Shown here: one piece after another, positions 41,100 through 50,124 of the stretch
Layout: each line of letters starts with the position of its first letter
Numbering within the stretch: position 1 is the first letter of the stretch
Assembly: GCA_963815115.1 (NCBI GenBank)
Contig: CAWFFN010000005.1
Location: 192,001-256,000 of the forward strand
Direction of reading: 5' to 3'
DNA length: 64,000 nucleotides
From: an uncultured delta proteobacterium
Lineage (GTDB): Bacteria; Desulfobacterota; Binatia; DP-6
Translations under genes and position numbers: made by a program
The notes under the pieces: generated by a model
Seen by the model: only the letters and a program-made list of their open reading frames with translations
Told to the model about the DNA's origin: nothing
Databases searched by the model: none

Positions 41100-41503
41100 A
41101 CCGGACGCCCGAGCCGCGCTCGTTCGTGCTCTCGCAGGCGTCACCGTCACTGCCGGCACACGATGTCGTTCGCCAGCACGGTCGACAGGACGGCGGCGAC
41201 GACGACGAGCGGCGCGCGCAACGTACCCGGTCCGAGATTCGCCACCGCCACCCACCGCGTCACGTGGTCGTAGAAGCCCCTCACCCGGAGCTGCACCGAG
41301 ACGACCATCAGGCCGAACAGGAGGAAGAGCGTGGCCGCGTCGATGGACTGCCATGCCTGCTGCGGAGACTCGAGCTCGGTGGCGACCAGCACGATGGCCT
41401 CGAGGAGCGCGGCCTCATCCGGTCCAGCGCCAGGCCCCGGAATCCCTCCCAGCAGCGTGGCCAGGTAGACCAGCGCGAAGGCGGCGAGGACGGGCGTCGT
41501 CAC
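41100..41503 (-). pseudogene. Truncated ArsB/NhaD/CitMHS-like anion transporter
   Basis: IDAATLFLLFGLMVVS and LANDIVC motifs; compensating frameshifts in GLALDR; ends at the IS110 remnant. Confidence 0.75.
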
Positions 41504-41987
41504 GACGGGGCACGCTCGGCAGCGAGTCGTCGCAGGACGGGACCGAGACCGGCGAGCAGCCGCTCGTGGAGCGCGGGCGCGGACTGCTCCAGGTCTGCCG
41601 AGACCTCCGCCTGGACGGCGGCATAGGCGCGCTCACGCCCCTGCGTGACGAGCGACTCGAGCTTCCGATCGCGCAGCAGCACGCGCAAGGCCGCCGCCGG
41701 CAGCGGGACGGTCTTCGTCCACTCGCCGACCGAGGCACGGCTCAGGTCGAACAGGCCCGCGGTGACCGCGAAGGCGCCGAGGGCGCCGATCAGGAAGCCG
41801 ATCGGGCCCGTCGTGTGCAGCAGCGTCGAGACGATCGCGAGGCCGAGCGTATGACCGATGCCGCCGCTGACGGTGCCGGCTGCGAGCGCGACGGCGGTCG
41901 ACACCGTCACGGTGATGGCCTCCGTGAGCTCGTCGCTCAGCACGCCCCCGGGATTGCCCGAGCCGGCGACCGGCAGGGTGCCGAGGG
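41487..41987. repeat. 501-bp direct repeat, copy 1 (duplicated 3' end of gene 43703-45568)
   Basis: Matches 43690-44190 (offset 2203) with 6 mismatches counted by eye. Confidence 0.95.
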
Positions 41988-42740
41988 GCCGGTTTCAACT
42001 CCTCTCGGCTCTGCCTCCAATGTCGCGCCTTGCCGGCTCCTGGCTCTGCTGCGACGGACGAGGTTGCATCTGGGTTGCGTATCGTCGTCGCACGGCCGGC
42101 GTGCGCCAGGTGTCCATCGGTATCCCCGGTTAGGCGGATGCTGATGGCCATCCGGTCTTTTTGTGTACGCCAGGCACCTTGGGCGAGCCGCCGGCTGGAG
42201 TACGAGCGCCCAAAGTCATGGATACGGGTGCACTCGCAGTTGGCTGTGTTGCTTGCCCCTGATCTCCCTATCTGCTAGCTGATCCCAACATGAGCTCGGT
42301 AAACAGGGGCCTTGCAGTTGCTGCTTGCATCATTGTCCCTCTTGTCAGCTCGCGTGTTGCGGATCCTCGACACACTCCCCAAGAGCGACACAACCGCCGT
42401 CCAAACCCACCGCGGTTTCACCGCAAACCTGGCCCAGGGTGCGAGCAATCTTCTTGCCACCTATGAGAGCCTCCCAGGTTGGAGTGGTGCACTACAGCCG
42501 TCGTGCGTGCACGGACGGGCTACGTGTACTCTGGGGGTTGCGAGGCTGGAACACCGCCGGCCTGCGCTCGTGAGCATAGGCGACGGTGCTGAAGCAGGTG
42601 GCTGCCAATACTTCTTCCGAGGGCATCAGCATCGGAAAGGTAAAATGCGCAGTGACCGAATCCACCCGTCCGAAGGTATGCAAGCCGTGGCGCTGGAAGA
42701 ATCAGCGGCTCAACGTGAGCGCCACTGCCGGGGGTACATT

Positions 42741-43127
42741 ATGAAGAATCGGCAGCTCATTGTCTGGTTCGCGGTGTTGCTGGCGAGCGCTGTTGCCGGG
42801 TGTGCGACCGCGCGTTCGACGACAGGTAAGGACTTCGACACGTCGAAGGTGTCGCGGATTGTCAAAGGAGAGACAACGGCGGCTCAGTTAGTGGAGATGT
42901 TCGGTACCCCTCAATCAAAACAGCCGGAAGCCAACGGTGGCGAGCGTTGGTCTTACTCCTACGCTGATGCTACGGCCCATGCATCGTCTTTCTTCACGAC
43001 GAAGGTCACGACTGAGGGGTACAAGAAGAACTTAGCAGTCTTGTTGGATGCTTCTGGGAAGGTGACCAACTTCACCTTGGACGAAGGGCCGATCCCGAAG
43101 CAGACGACCACCTCGCACCAGTTCTGA
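42741..43127 (+). CDS. Lipoprotein with SmpA/OmlA(BamE)-like domain, lower GC
   Basis: VAGC lipobox; [21 protein letters not shown]. Confidence 0.8.
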   Translation: MKNRQLIVWFAVLLASAVAGCATARSTTGKDFDTSKVSRIVKGETTAAQLVEMFGTPQSKQPEANGGERWSYSYADATAHASSFFTTKVTTEGYKKNLAVLLDASGKVTNFTLDEGPIPKQTTTSHQF

Positions 43128-43147
43128 CTAGGCGAGTTGCTCGGTCT

Positions 43148-43400
43148 GTGCTGACGGCGCGCACGCGGAAGCGCGGCGTCTCGCCGAGCCGTACGTCGGA
43201 GCCCATGGGCGCCGGGCCGCAGGGCGCGTTCTCGAGGTCGAACCAGAGGAGGATCCGCTCGCCGCTCGTCCCGTACACCTCGCGCCGCCGGAGCGCGTCC
43301 CAGATGCTGTCCCGATCGCGGCCCGCCGCGTGGACCGCGACGAGGCCGGCCGTCATGAAGAACGACGCGTGGCGCTCGAAGTCGAGCACCTGGAAGTTCT
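43148..43400 (-). pseudogene. Internal fragment of a DUF3604-family gene
   Basis: [39 protein letters not shown]; both ends missing. Confidence 0.7.
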
Positions 43401-43689
43401 GCAGTCCCGGCGGCGGATTCGACGGAATCGAAGGCCACCGATTGGCCCTCGGGCGGCTGCGGGCCGGCGGGCGCAGTCTGGAGATAGGCGGGAAAACGGC
43501 CCTTTCGGCGAAAGCTGACCGACCATCCCATCGCGGACCTTCACCCGTCCTTCGCCCTTCTGCAGGGACGGAGGCGTCAATGCCCCCGGCGCCGGTGGCG
43601 GGCGAAGGTGGTGAGGAGCCGGGACACGCGGATCGGAAGGTACGAAGTCGTAGTCCTGTGTCAGGTATCCCTCTGACCTACCGACGGCC

Positions 43690-44190
43690 AGGACGGGCGT
43701 CGTCACGACGGGGCACGCTCGGCAGCGAGTCGTCGCAGGACGGGACCGAGACCGGCGAGCAGCCGCTCGTGGAGCGCGGGCGCGGACTGCTCCAGGTCCG
43801 CCGAGACCTCCGCCTTGACGGCGGCATAGGCGCGTTCACGCCCCTGCGTGACGAGCGACTCGAGCTTCCGATCGCGCAGCAGCACGCGCAAGGCCGCCGC
43901 CGGCAGCGGGACGGTCTTCGTCCACTCGCCGACCGAGGCACGGCTCAGGTCGAACAGGCCCGCGGTGACCGCGAAGGCGCCGAGGGCGCCGATCAGGAAG
44001 CCGATCGGGCCCGTCGTGTGCAGCAGCGTCGAGACGATCGCGAGGCCGAGCGTATGACCGATGCCGCCGCTGACGGTGCCAGCTGCGAGCGCGACGGCGG
44101 TCGATACCGTCACGGTGATGGCCTCCGTGAGCTCGTCGCTCAGCACGCCCCCGGGATTGCCCGAGCCGGCGACCGGCAGCGTGCCGAGGG
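43690..44190. repeat. 501-bp direct repeat, copy 2
   Basis: Matches 41487-41987. Confidence 0.95.
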
Positions 44191-45568
44191 ACGGGGTGGC
44201 GGCGACGGCGTCGTGCCCCACCGGCTCGGCGCCGATCAGCCGCGCCGCGCGCGCGGCGACGGCACGCACGTACGACGCGTGCGCTTCGGTGACGAAGCGT
44301 TCGAGCGCCGGCTCGAACGCCTGGCAGGTGGTCGCGAGCTCCGCCTCCAGATCGGCGATGCGACCGCCTCGCTCGCGGAAGGCGCGCAGCACGGGAACCA
44401 CACGGGGGTCGTACAGCTCGTCGCGGACGAACACGGCGATCGCCTCGGCGAGCTTCGCCCCCTCGATGCGCAGCTCGAGCGCCAGCGGCTCGCTGATGCG
44501 CTCGAGCTGCAGCGCCCGCCCGTGCTCGACGAGGCGCGTGTAGTACGGCTCGTCGAGATCGACGGCCAGCCGGCGGCCGCGCCGGCGGAGCCTGATCGTG
44601 TCGAGCGTGGCGAGGATCGCGCGCGGCACGAGGATGTACATGGCGGCGGCGACCGCGAGCAGGTGGATGTACGGCGCCGCGGGCAGGCCCGCGGGTGCGA
44701 GGAGCGCTTCGATCTCCGCGGTGTCGAAGCCGCGGCCCCGGAGTACCAGCGACGCGGGGCCGAGGAGGGCGTTCGCCAGCAGGCGCACCGTGCCGGGATG
44801 GCGCACGAAGGTGCTGCGCCAGACGACGGCGTACTCGAGGAAGACGCCGCGCACGTACGTTCCCAGCAGTGCGCCCAGGCAGAGCGCGATCGCGCCGAGA
44901 TGCAGCGCGCGCTCCAGCCGGAACGATGCCAGGTTGCCCTCGGTGCGATGCCAGAGCACCAGCAGCCGCCGGGCGACGCCGGTGACGCGCCGTCCGCGCG
45001 CGGCGTTCGCGCGTACCGTGTCCCGCCCGCGCTCGAAGCGTTCGTGGACGCCGGCCAGCGCCGGCACCATCAGCTCGAGGAGCCGCCACGACGTGCGTGG
45101 CTCCCGCGCCGCGGCCACCGTCGGCGTCGCGACGCTCGCCGGAGCGTCGTCGGACCGGGGACGCTTCTGCGGGCGGTGCGAGCGCAGCGCGAGCACCGCC
45201 ACCACGACGTAGACGCCCAGGTTCCACAGGACCAGCGCGACGAGCGGATTGTAGAGCAGGTGGATGTGCTCGCTCGGACCGAGGTAGTTCGCGGCCAGGC
45301 CGATCAGGAACGCGCCGCCGATGACGGCCCGCAGGAGCGTCCGGGCGGCACGCGCCAGCAACGCCGGGAGTCCGGGGTAGGGCGGCAGGAGGTGCGGGAG
45401 CAGGAGCGCCGCGCGGCGGGCCAGCCACGTCTCGGGCGGCTCGATCGCGCCGGCGTCGACGGCAGCATCGCCGCGCGCGACGGGCGGCACGGCCTCCGGG
45501 TCGCGCTCCTCCACGGCACGGACCAGCAGCACGCGGCCGACGTCGTCGGCGGGAAGGATGGAGGGCAC
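43703..45568 (-). CDS. DUF2868-like membrane protein
   Basis: VLLVRAVEE start, several TMs, LHLGA..RG..Y..WRSTF and YILVPR motifs. Confidence 0.7.
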   Translation of the reverse strand: MPSILPADDVGRVLLVRAVEERDPEAVPPVARGDAAVDAGAIEPPETWLARRAALLLPHLLPPYPGLPALLARAARTLLRAVIGGAFLIGLAANYLGPSEHIHLLYNPLVALVLWNLGVYVVVAVLALRSHRPQKRPRSDDAPASVATPTVAAAREPRTSWRLLELMVPALAGVHERFERGRDTVRANAARGRRVTGVARRLLVLWHRTEGNLASFRLERALHLGAIALCLGALLGTYVRGVFLEYAVVWRSTFVRHPGTVRLLANALLGPASLVLRGRGFDTAEIEALLAPAGLPAAPYIHLLAVAAAMYILVPRAILATLDTIRLRRRGRRLAVDLDEPYYTRLVEHGRALQLERISEPLALELRIEGAKLAEAIAVFVRDELYDPRVVPVLRAFRERGGRIADLEAELATTCQAFEPALERFVTEAHASYVRAVAARAARLIGAEPVGHDAVAATPSLGTLPVAGSGNPGGVLSDELTEAITVTVSTAVALAAGTVSGGIGHTLGLAIVSTLLHTTGPIGFLIGALGAFAVTAGLFDLSRASVGEWTKTVPLPAAALRVLLRDRKLESLVTQGRERAYAAVKAEVSADLEQSAPALHERLLAGLGPVLRRLAAERAPS

Positions 45569-45797
45569 GACGGGTCAGCCGTCGACCAGGCGCTTTCCCG
45601 GCGCGCCGACTCCGGCGGCGGCGCGGCGGTGCAGTGCGGGCAGCCAGACGGCCACGAGCCCCGGCGGCGGCGCCAGGGAGCGGAAGCCCCCGACGGCGAC
45701 CAGCAGTGTCTCGACGGCCGTGCCGAGCGTTGCCCCGGTGAAGGCGAGCGTCACTCCCGCCCGGAGCCAGCGGGGTGACGGCCGGACCGAGGCGTCC

Positions 45798-46034
45798 TCA
45801 GCCCTTGGCCTTGAGCTCGCCGTCGTGGTCGCGAATGAAGGCTCGGATGTCATCGGCCATGTCGAGCAGCTTCGCCCATTGCTCCTTGTACAACGTGACG
45901 GGAAAGCGGCCGAGCCCGTACACCGATACGCCGCCCTTCTCGCTCACCTTGAGGCTGCCGCGGCTCTGCGCCCGCTTGAGCCGCTCGTTCTCCATCCGTA
46001 GCCGATCGAGCTCCGCGCGATCCTGGTCGTCCAT
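45798..46034 (-). CDS. Conserved small hypothetical protein
   Basis: Coiled coil then KVSEKGGVSVYGLGRFPVTLYKEQW motif. Confidence 0.8.
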   Translation of the reverse strand: MDDQDRAELDRLRMENERLKRAQSRGSLKVSEKGGVSVYGLGRFPVTLYKEQWAKLLDMADDIRAFIRDHDGELKAKG

Positions 46035-46366
46035 TGCGCCCCCGATAGCAAGCGCGCGGCCGTGGAGCCAGGCCATCGAGTCGCGCCGATTTGCGTCGCG
46101 GGTCCGGGTAGTCCGATCGTGGTGTCTCCGGCCCCGAGCCCGGGCGTCGCCTTCGGTGTCTTCAGCGGCCACGTCGCGGTGGCGCAGATAGCCTGCGCGA
46201 CGCCCTTTCTGCGAGCGAAAGCGACCGTCCGGGGAAGGAGGCATGTCAGACGAGCTATTGTCTGCTCTAGCTACCAAGCTCAGCTCATCAGATTCGTGAT
46301 GGTACGTGTGGGGGAACCCTTGTCAAAACCTGGACCAGGGAGTAAGACTCGCCGCGACCGCAAGCA

Positions 46367-47890
46367 ATGACGCCTTCGCCCCGCCATAGCACTTGCGTAG
46401 GCGCCATCGCCGCCGCGATCTTCCTCGCAGCCTCCGGGGCCATCATCGTCCCGGCAGCGAGCGCGATCACCGGCGCCACGACCCGCGTCGTGGCCAGTAG
46501 CCGCTACCACATCGACCTGCCCGGTGCCGGCCTGCCACGCGACGTGGTGCTCGGGCCGCCCAGCGACATGATGAACGACGGCACGACCTCCGCGGGCATC
46601 ACGGGCGGAAACGTCGGCGTCGAGGGACGCTTCAATTGCAGCGGGGACGTGGCGATCCTGCTGGGGCAGGCCTTCTCCGGGACCGCGGGTGGCACGGCCG
46701 ACTTCGGCCTCCTCCTCGCAAGCGCCGACGCGAGGATCGAGAACACTCCCGCCGACATCAACTGCCCGGGCACCACGCCGGAGGCGAACAGCTACCCCGG
46801 CAATACCGCCACCACGGTGACGGCGACCTTCGACGATTTCGTCACGGTGGGCTCGGCGTCCGGTCTGCCGGTTGGCACGATGAAGCACCTCCGCTTCACC
46901 GCGGTGGTGAGCGGTGCGGTCGGCGGCTCCGGGGGCAGCGGGGCGCGCGCGGTCGTCCTCTACACCGTCACGCACAACGTAGGGAGCGGGTCGCCCACCG
47001 TGAATACGGACCTCGGCCCGGACGGATTTCCGGAGACCTTTCCGCCGAGCGGCCAATCGAGCCAGGAGGTCGATGTCGCCGTCGGCACGCGCTTCCGTTA
47101 CTCGGGCATCCTCACCGTGGGTGCAGGTGCCACCGGCGGCACCGTCGTGGGCGCGAACGCGAATTCGGGGGACGCGCACGCGTTCATCGATTCCGACGAT
47201 GCCGACGTCGTCCTCGTGAGCGCGAGCGGCCACGACTACCGCTCGAACGCCGTCTCTACCACCACCACGTCGACCACCACCACGCTGCCACCCGCCACGC
47301 TGCCACCCGCCACGCTGCCACCCAGCACGCTGCCGCCCAGCACGCTGCCTCCCGCCACCCTGCCGCCCCTGCCGCCCAGAACGCTCGATCTCGTGAGCGC
47401 CGACAGCTTCGTGCTGAAGGACTCGGCAGTGCCCAGGAAGCGGAGGGCGGCTTTCGCATCGAGCGATCCTGCGTTCTCCACCGCCGGCCTCGACCCGCGC
47501 ACGGGTGGCGCCGAGGTGCGGCTGTTCGGGCCGGATACGGGCGCATCCGACGTCTGGGCGCTGCCCGCAAGCGGCTGGACCATCAAGAAGGGCAAGTACC
47601 GGTACGGCGACAAGGCGCACGCATACGGGCCCGTCGTGTCGGCGATCGTTGCCGACAAGCGGATCACGCTCCAGGCAAATGGCGCAGCGATCACCTACCC
47701 GCTCCTCGGCACGGCGCCGCGGGCGATCGCGCTGGCGCTCGTTCTCCCGGCGGGGCCCTCCGACCCGACCGCCGCGGTCTGCGCCGAGCTTCCCGGTGCG
47801 CAGGGCCCGCCCAACAAGAAGGACCTGGCGAAGAGGCTCTTCAGGGCCACGAAGGCCAAGGCGCCCCTGAGCTGCCGCGCGCTCCGCTGA
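46367..47890 (+). CDS. Secreted two-domain protein with Thr/Pro repeat linker
   Basis: Signal peptide, TTTT(TLPPx)6 linker, C-terminal GW..KYRYGD domain. Confidence 0.8.
   Translation: MTPSPRHSTCVGAIAAAIFLAASGAIIVPAASAITGATTRVVASSRYHIDLPGAGLPRDVVLGPPSDMMNDGTTSAGITGGNVGVEGRFNCSGDVAILLGQAFSGTAGGTADFGLLLASADARIENTPADINCPGTTPEANSYPGNTATTVTATFDDFVTVGSASGLPVGTMKHLRFTAVVSGAVGGSGGSGARAVVLYTVTHNVGSGSPTVNTDLGPDGFPETFPPSGQSSQEVDVAVGTRFRYSGILTVGAGATGGTVVGANANSGDAHAFIDSDDADVVLVSASGHDYRSNAVSTTTTSTTTTLPPATLPPATLPPSTLPPSTLPPATLPPLPPRTLDLVSADSFVLKDSAVPRKRRAAFASSDPAFSTAGLDPRTGGAEVRLFGPDTGASDVWALPASGWTIKKGKYRYGDKAHAYGPVVSAIVADKRITLQANGAAITYPLLGTAPRAIALALVLPAGPSDPTAAVCAELPGAQGPPNKKDLAKRLFRATKAKAPLSCRALR
47282..47371 (+). 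repeat. 15-bp coding tandem repeat (TLPP[A/S/L]) x6
   Basis: acgctgccacccgcc-like units. Confidence 0.9.
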
Positions 47891-48134
47891 TCGGGCCATT
47901 CGATTGGCGGCGGGCGAAGGTCCGTTCGCCGATGTGCCGCTGTTCGGGTCCGCCGGCCGGCCCGGCGTCGCGGCCTTCTGCGCGCACTCGAGCAGCGCGC
48001 CGGCCATCTTCGCCGCAAGGTCTACCGCGGGTCGGCCACTACTTCGCGATGTCCGGGGACCGCCATCACGCGGCGGCGGCGAAGGAATTGCGCGATCGGG
48101 TACCGTGCTGCTTCCGGTCGATGGGAGCTGCCGC

Positions 48135-48470
48135 TCAACTTGCTCGACGAATCCAGCCGAGTAGGGCCGCCCGCATCGCTTGGTGCAGGTTCAGGTGCCT
48201 CGTGCGTGCCGCCCGCTCGAGCTCTTTCCACAGCGCCTCGGGCAGTCGTACCGACCGCACGACGGTCGTGCGTGTCTTTCCTTTCCCCGGATGACCCCGC
48301 CGCAGCAGCATGGCGCCGGTGGCGAGCTGCGGCATCTCCCACAGCGCCAGGAGAGAGGGGCCGCCCCGTTCGTGGGCGCCCGCGAAGGCGTTGCGTCGCA
48401 TCGGCCCGAACCGTGAAAAGTCGATCGGACCGTCGAGCGGATCAGTCGTTCTCGTAGCGCGCTTTTTCAT
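48135..48470 (-). CDS. BrnA-like antitoxin (ribbon-helix-helix)
   Basis: IDFSR..RRN, RRGHP and RSVRLP motifs; overlaps the toxin 3' end. Confidence 0.7.
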   Translation of the reverse strand: MKKRATRTTDPLDGPIDFSRFGPMRRNAFAGAHERGGPSLLALWEMPQLATGAMLLRRGHPGKGKTRTTVVRSVRLPEALWKELERAARTRHLNLHQAMRAALLGWIRRAS

Positions 48471-48708
48471 GCCTCGTCGCCTTTCGTGCGCTGATGATGC
48501 GGATGGCGTCCACGCGGACCTCGGCGTGAACGACGTAGAGCAGGCGCGGCTGCCGGGACTGCCCGATCAGGATGAAGCGGTCGTCGTGCATGGCATCGGG
48601 GTAGTAGGCACCGAGGGGGTCTCCGAACGCCGTGGAGGCCTCGTCGAAGGACACCCCGTGCTTCTCGAGGTTGGCCGCCGCCTTCCTCCGGTCCCAGACG
48701 AAGCGCAC
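48442..48708 (-). CDS. brnT: BrnT family toxin
   Basis: FVWD..KAAANLEKHGVSF and IRIISARKAT..E..Y motifs. Confidence 0.92.
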   Translation of the reverse strand: MRFVWDRRKAAANLEKHGVSFDEASTAFGDPLGAYYPDAMHDDRFILIGQSRQPRLLYVVHAEVRVDAIRIISARKATRHEKARYEND

Positions 48709-48714
48709 GTCACA

Positions 48715-48743
48715 AATGTACGACAATACATCACCACGGGCAA
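48715..48743 (-). promoter_or_regulatory. Sigma70-type leaderless promoter of brnTA with overlapping inverted-repeat operator
   Basis: TTGCCC-17-TACATT, 6 nt before GTG 48708; ATGTA-N6-TACAT at 48716-48731. Confidence 0.7.
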
Positions 48744-48801
48744 TGCGTGGCACGGCCGCGAATCGCCTGGCGTGCGAGTGCCTTCGGCCACGTGGCGACC
48801 G

Positions 48802-49218
48802 CTAGGGCTTCGGCTGGCGCGGCTCGAGCCGGACGGCCACCGACTGCGAGGTGTCGGCGAGGAGGCCGATCCAGCGGTCGGCCCAGCCGTACTTCGCCGC
48901 CAGGAGGCTCCGGATCTTGCGGTGCCCGGGCGAGCCGGGCACCGGCACCGCACGCAGCGCGAGCACCCTGCCGTCGCGAACCAGCTCGACGTCCGGATCG
49001 GATTGCAGGTCGAGGAGGAACGGCCGCTCGCGATTGGCCGCCTCGATCCACATGGCACCGTCCGCGTCCGCCACCCAGGTGCGCGTCGTGCGGACGCCCC
49101 CCTCGGGCATGGTGGTCCGGAGCCGCACCACCTCGCGGCCCTCGAGCGCGTCCAGCGTCACCGCGACGAAGGCGGCGGCCGCGATCGCGAGCCCGAGCGC
49201 CAGCCGGCGCCAGCGCAT
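48802..49218 (-). CDS. Membrane-anchored DDN/nitroreductase-like (split barrel) protein
   Basis: N-terminal TM; EVVRLRT..TRTWV and KYGWADRWI motifs. Confidence 0.65.
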   Translation of the reverse strand: MRWRRLALGLAIAAAAFVAVTLDALEGREVVRLRTTMPEGGVRTTRTWVADADGAMWIEAANRERPFLLDLQSDPDVELVRDGRVLALRAVPVPGSPGHRKIRSLLAAKYGWADRWIGLLADTSQSVAVRLEPRQPKP

Positions 49219-50033
49219 CAGAGCCCGTGGCGGGCGAGGAACGGCCGCACCGCGGCGAGGAAGCCGGCGGGATTGTCGCCCATCACGGAGTGGCCGGCGC
49301 CGGGCACGAGGGCGACGGTGCTTCCGGGAACGGTACGGACGAAGCGCTCCGCACCCTCGGCGGTGAGGATCGGGCTCTCGGCGCCGCGGACCAGCAGCGT
49401 CGGACAGCGGAGGCGGCCGACGGCCCGCCACAGCGTCTCGATCTCTCGAGTCCCGCCCGCGATGGACGGATCGAACTTGTAGCTCCAGCGGCCGTCCGGG
49501 CCCTTGCGCATGGCATGGTGCAGGCGCTCGCGGATGTTGGCGACCGTGCGGCGCGGGTTGAACGCGCGCGCGTGCGCCACCGCCTCGTCGAAGGTGTCGA
49601 AGTCGCGTACCGCGAGCTGCCGTCCGATGGCGTCGCGCCCTGCCGGCGCGACGCTCGGCACGACGTCGACGACCACCAGGCCGCGCACGCGCTCGGGATG
49701 CCGGGCGGCGAAGGCGATCGCGTTCAGGCCGCCGAGGCTGAGCGCCATCAGCGTGGCCGCTTCCCAGCCGTACGCGTCGAGCACGGCGCCGATGTCGCCG
49801 GTGAACGCCTCCCGGTCGTAGCGTGCCGCCCAGTCCGAGTCGCCGTGTCCGCGCTGATCGAGCGCGAGCACGTGGTGGTCGCGGGCGAGCGCCGGCGCCA
49901 CCTCGTCGAAGCTGTGCGCCGTCTGCGCCCCGCCGTGGAGGAGCAGGAGCGGCGGCAGACCGGCCGCGCCCCAGTCGAGGAGGTGGAGGCGGAGGCCGGC
50001 GTGATGGATCGCGACGTCGCGCGGGCGGGACAT
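49218..50033 (-). CDS. Alpha/beta hydrolase
   Basis: LLHGG, DQRGHG, SLGG nucleophile elbow, GHSV. Confidence 0.9.
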   Translation of the reverse strand: MSRPRDVAIHHAGLRLHLLDWGAAGLPPLLLLHGGAQTAHSFDEVAPALARDHHVLALDQRGHGDSDWAARYDREAFTGDIGAVLDAYGWEAATLMALSLGGLNAIAFAARHPERVRGLVVVDVVPSVAPAGRDAIGRQLAVRDFDTFDEAVAHARAFNPRRTVANIRERLHHAMRKGPDGRWSYKFDPSIAGGTREIETLWRAVGRLRCPTLLVRGAESPILTAEGAERFVRTVPGSTVALVPGAGHSVMGDNPAGFLAAVRPFLARHGL

Positions 50034-50124
50034 GCGGGATCCGCCTAGCCTGCTCGGCGACCGGAAGTCCAGGGCCGACGCGTGGCCAATTGCGTGGTCC
50101 GGGGCCGCGCGCTATCGCTCGCCC

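Noticed and set aside
41990-42136. Possible integron attC (GTTAGGC at 42129)
   Set aside because: No matching core site, L boxes or integrase
43405-43689. GGATTCGACGG resembling a tmRNA 5' end
   Set aside because: No GGGG start, T-arm or CCA end
45575-45853. Short hydrophobic ORF
   Set aside because: No clear start and overlaps its neighbour; possibly a gene remnant, unsupported
47282-47371. Tandem repeats as a CRISPR array
   Set aside because: In-frame 15-bp coding units with no spacers and no cas genes
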